Assembly (NCBI RefSeq): GCF_009914755.1
Contig: NC_060928.1
Strand: one strand, 5' to 3'
Length of the DNA: 64,000 nt
DNA from: the human T2T-CHM13v2.0 reference genome, Homo sapiens
Notes under the pieces: generated by a model
What the model was told of the DNA's origin: nothing
Database searches by the model: none
Seen by the model: the letters and a program-made list of their open reading frames with translations, nothing else
Part shown: positions 61,880 through 64,000 of the stretch, piece after piece
Layout of the letters: the number at the start of each line of letters is the position of its first letter
How positions within the stretch are numbered: the stretch's first letter is position 1
Position numbers and translations under genes: made by a program

Positions 61880-61985
61880 TAAAAAAAGAGAGAAAGAGGA
61901 AGGATGAAAGGAAGGGAAGAAGGGAGGAAAGAAAGGAGGGAGGAAGAAAAGGAGGGAGGGAGGAAAGAGAAAGAGAGGAAAGATA
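61880..61985. repeat. GA-rich low-complexity tract
   Basis: Direct inspection. Confidence 0.85.
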
Positions 61986-63214
61986 TGATGTAAATGTAAA
62001 ATGTCCATACTTTAAGGGACATAATAGGTGCAAAGCAAATAGGATTTGTTCCCTGTAACTAACAGTACTTGTCTCACCTCCATGGTTTCTGAGAAACAAA
62101 AGCATTACCAAAGTTGTATATTCTGGGACATGTTTGGATAATAGCAACTTTCCTTGAGATACAACAAAGAATTTACTCTAGAATTAAGAGATGGAGTCAG
62201 AATTGTAATATATTTTGGTCACTTTGCTAAGCAGAGTTCAATACGCAGCCACATTGCTGCAGGGTGCTCCTGTCAAAGGAAGCATGAAAGGCACTAGAAG
62301 GTTCAGGCCCAGACTGTCCCTAAAGTGTCTGAGACCTGAGCTGGGCACAGGGATTCACATTAGGGTAAATCCAAATGTGAAAGAGGAATGTAGGAAGGCC
62401 TGGATCTGCTCCTTAGAAACAGTCATTCGATTCCTGTGGGGCTTTTTTTCCTCCCCTAAAAAAAAGACAGACTGTAATTCCTGACTATGAGTGTCACATG
62501 TGCCTCGTACAAAGTAGGAAATTAACCTATATTCCTTTTCTTACCTCTTCCCTCCTTCACCTTCACAAAGGGGAGAACTGCTCATCCCTCCCACCTAGGA
62601 ATGAGTGTACCTCTTCCTCCTCCTCAGGGCAGATTTGAGAATGGATGGCAGGAAATGTATCAATGGGTTTTGAGGGCAGACAGAGAGCCTTGACCTTGCA
62701 TGACCACTTACCATTTGTGAAACCTTGAGCAAAAGATGCAACTTATCTGAGCTCAGTTTTAGCTGCCACGTGACATTTATAGCTCTTTACATTGTTGCAA
62801 AGCTTACATGAAATAATACATGAAGTGATTTTAAATGTTGGGCACGTGGTACATGCTCCATAAAGACTGGGTACCATCATGTACTTGGCTCAAAAAATGA
62901 GGGCCATTATTATTATTAATTCATTAAAAAATGAATTATTGAGATAAAACCATCTTCATCTATATGGGGTTATGGTCTCATTTTTTAAGACCCTATGTCA
63001 ACCAGTAAACACTTTTATATTTTTATATCAGTTGGCAGGTGTCCCCAGGAATACCAATCAGAGCTGTCACTCTGACCTGGCATAGTAGTTCCCTGACAGC
63101 TGTGGGAATACTCTGGCAGGAGACTGGGGGAAAGGGTGAGTGGCGTGAACAAAACTTCTGCTTAGAGCAGGGATCTGCAATCACAGCCCATGGAAATTAC
63201 TAGGCTTACTTTAG

Positions 63215-63520
63215 CATTCATTCGTTTGTTTAATAAATATGTATTGAGCACCTACAAGCATTGTTTGGGATTTTGAATGGAGCACAGAACAGACTCTTGC
63301 CCCCTTGAAGTTTACAATTCAGTTGGAGAAACAGACAATAAGCAAGAAGGGAGCCCAATAAACTTGTAATTACCAATTGTTATGTATTATGATGGAAAAA
63401 AATAGTGTTTTCTGGGAGAATAATAAAAGTGGGAAAATTTAGTTGAGGGACAAGGAAGAGCTCTCTGAGAAAGCGTTCTTTGAGTCTGAAGGAAGAGGAG
63501 GATTTAGCCAAGGGGCAAGT
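63215..63520 (-). mobile_element. L2 3' fragment
   Basis: cattcattcgtttgtttaataaatatgtattgagcacctac...cttgaagtttacaattcagttgg. Confidence 0.75.
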
Positions 63521-64000
63521 GTCCTCCCCATCCCCACTCTGCCTTCTCCCTGACCTTCTGCCTCCATGTTGTTCCAATGTGGCTTTTCCTCACCCTTCAC
63601 TGGGCACTGTTCTTGATGCTGGGAACACAGCTGGAGAAATTGGAATTGCTTCCCTGGGGTGAGAGAGATGGGAATGACGATGAGAAGGCAGGAAACAAGT
63701 CAGCAATGTTGACAATAGAGTGTGGTGTGTGACGGCGGAGGAGCAGCAGCAGAGGGGCTAAGTTGCAAATGGCCGATGAAGGTGGATGGAGAAAACGTTC
63801 TGCCGGTAGGGGATAAGGAACAGGATACAAGAGGCGATAGGGTGAGGAGAATGGACCTACACTGATTAGCAATGCCTGTTGGCCAAAACTGAACCACGGT
63901 CGTGTCAGATTTGACGGGTCTGGTATTTTAAAAATTATGAAGTTCCCATAAAAATAGTGATTTCCAATTTCTCTAGAAAAATCAGAAGACCTGGCACCTC

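Overview
Primate (very probably human) non-coding euchromatin, roughly half or more of it interspersed repeat: about 20 Alu/FAM/FRAM/FLAM elements, two large decayed L1PA15/16-like elements, an L1PB4-like 3' end, old L1M and L2 fragments, many MIRs, MaLR LTRs (THE1, MST, MLT1), one two-LTR MSTA provirus, ERV1/ERVL solo LTRs, and hAT/Tigger DNA-transposon fossils (MER58A, MER30, MER3, MER119, MER5A, MER1B, Tigger3). I find no protein-coding exon chain, tRNA/rRNA, CRISPR array or CpG-island promoter. The ORF track is explained by Alu, L1, MaLR or low-complexity read-through, or by chance. I cannot name the locus. The most notable non-repeat signals are several well-formed + strand splice and polyadenylation signals (a possible spliced lncRNA or cryptic microexons), CpG-retaining homeobox/FOX-rich blocks at 35-38 kb that look like enhancers, local templated duplications and hairpins, a strong G4 and a 13-unit GGAA microsatellite. 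Repeat subfamily names come from my recall of consensus sequences, not from a RepeatMasker run, and boundaries of old repeats are approximate. I see no convincing evidence of a new multi-gene biological system.
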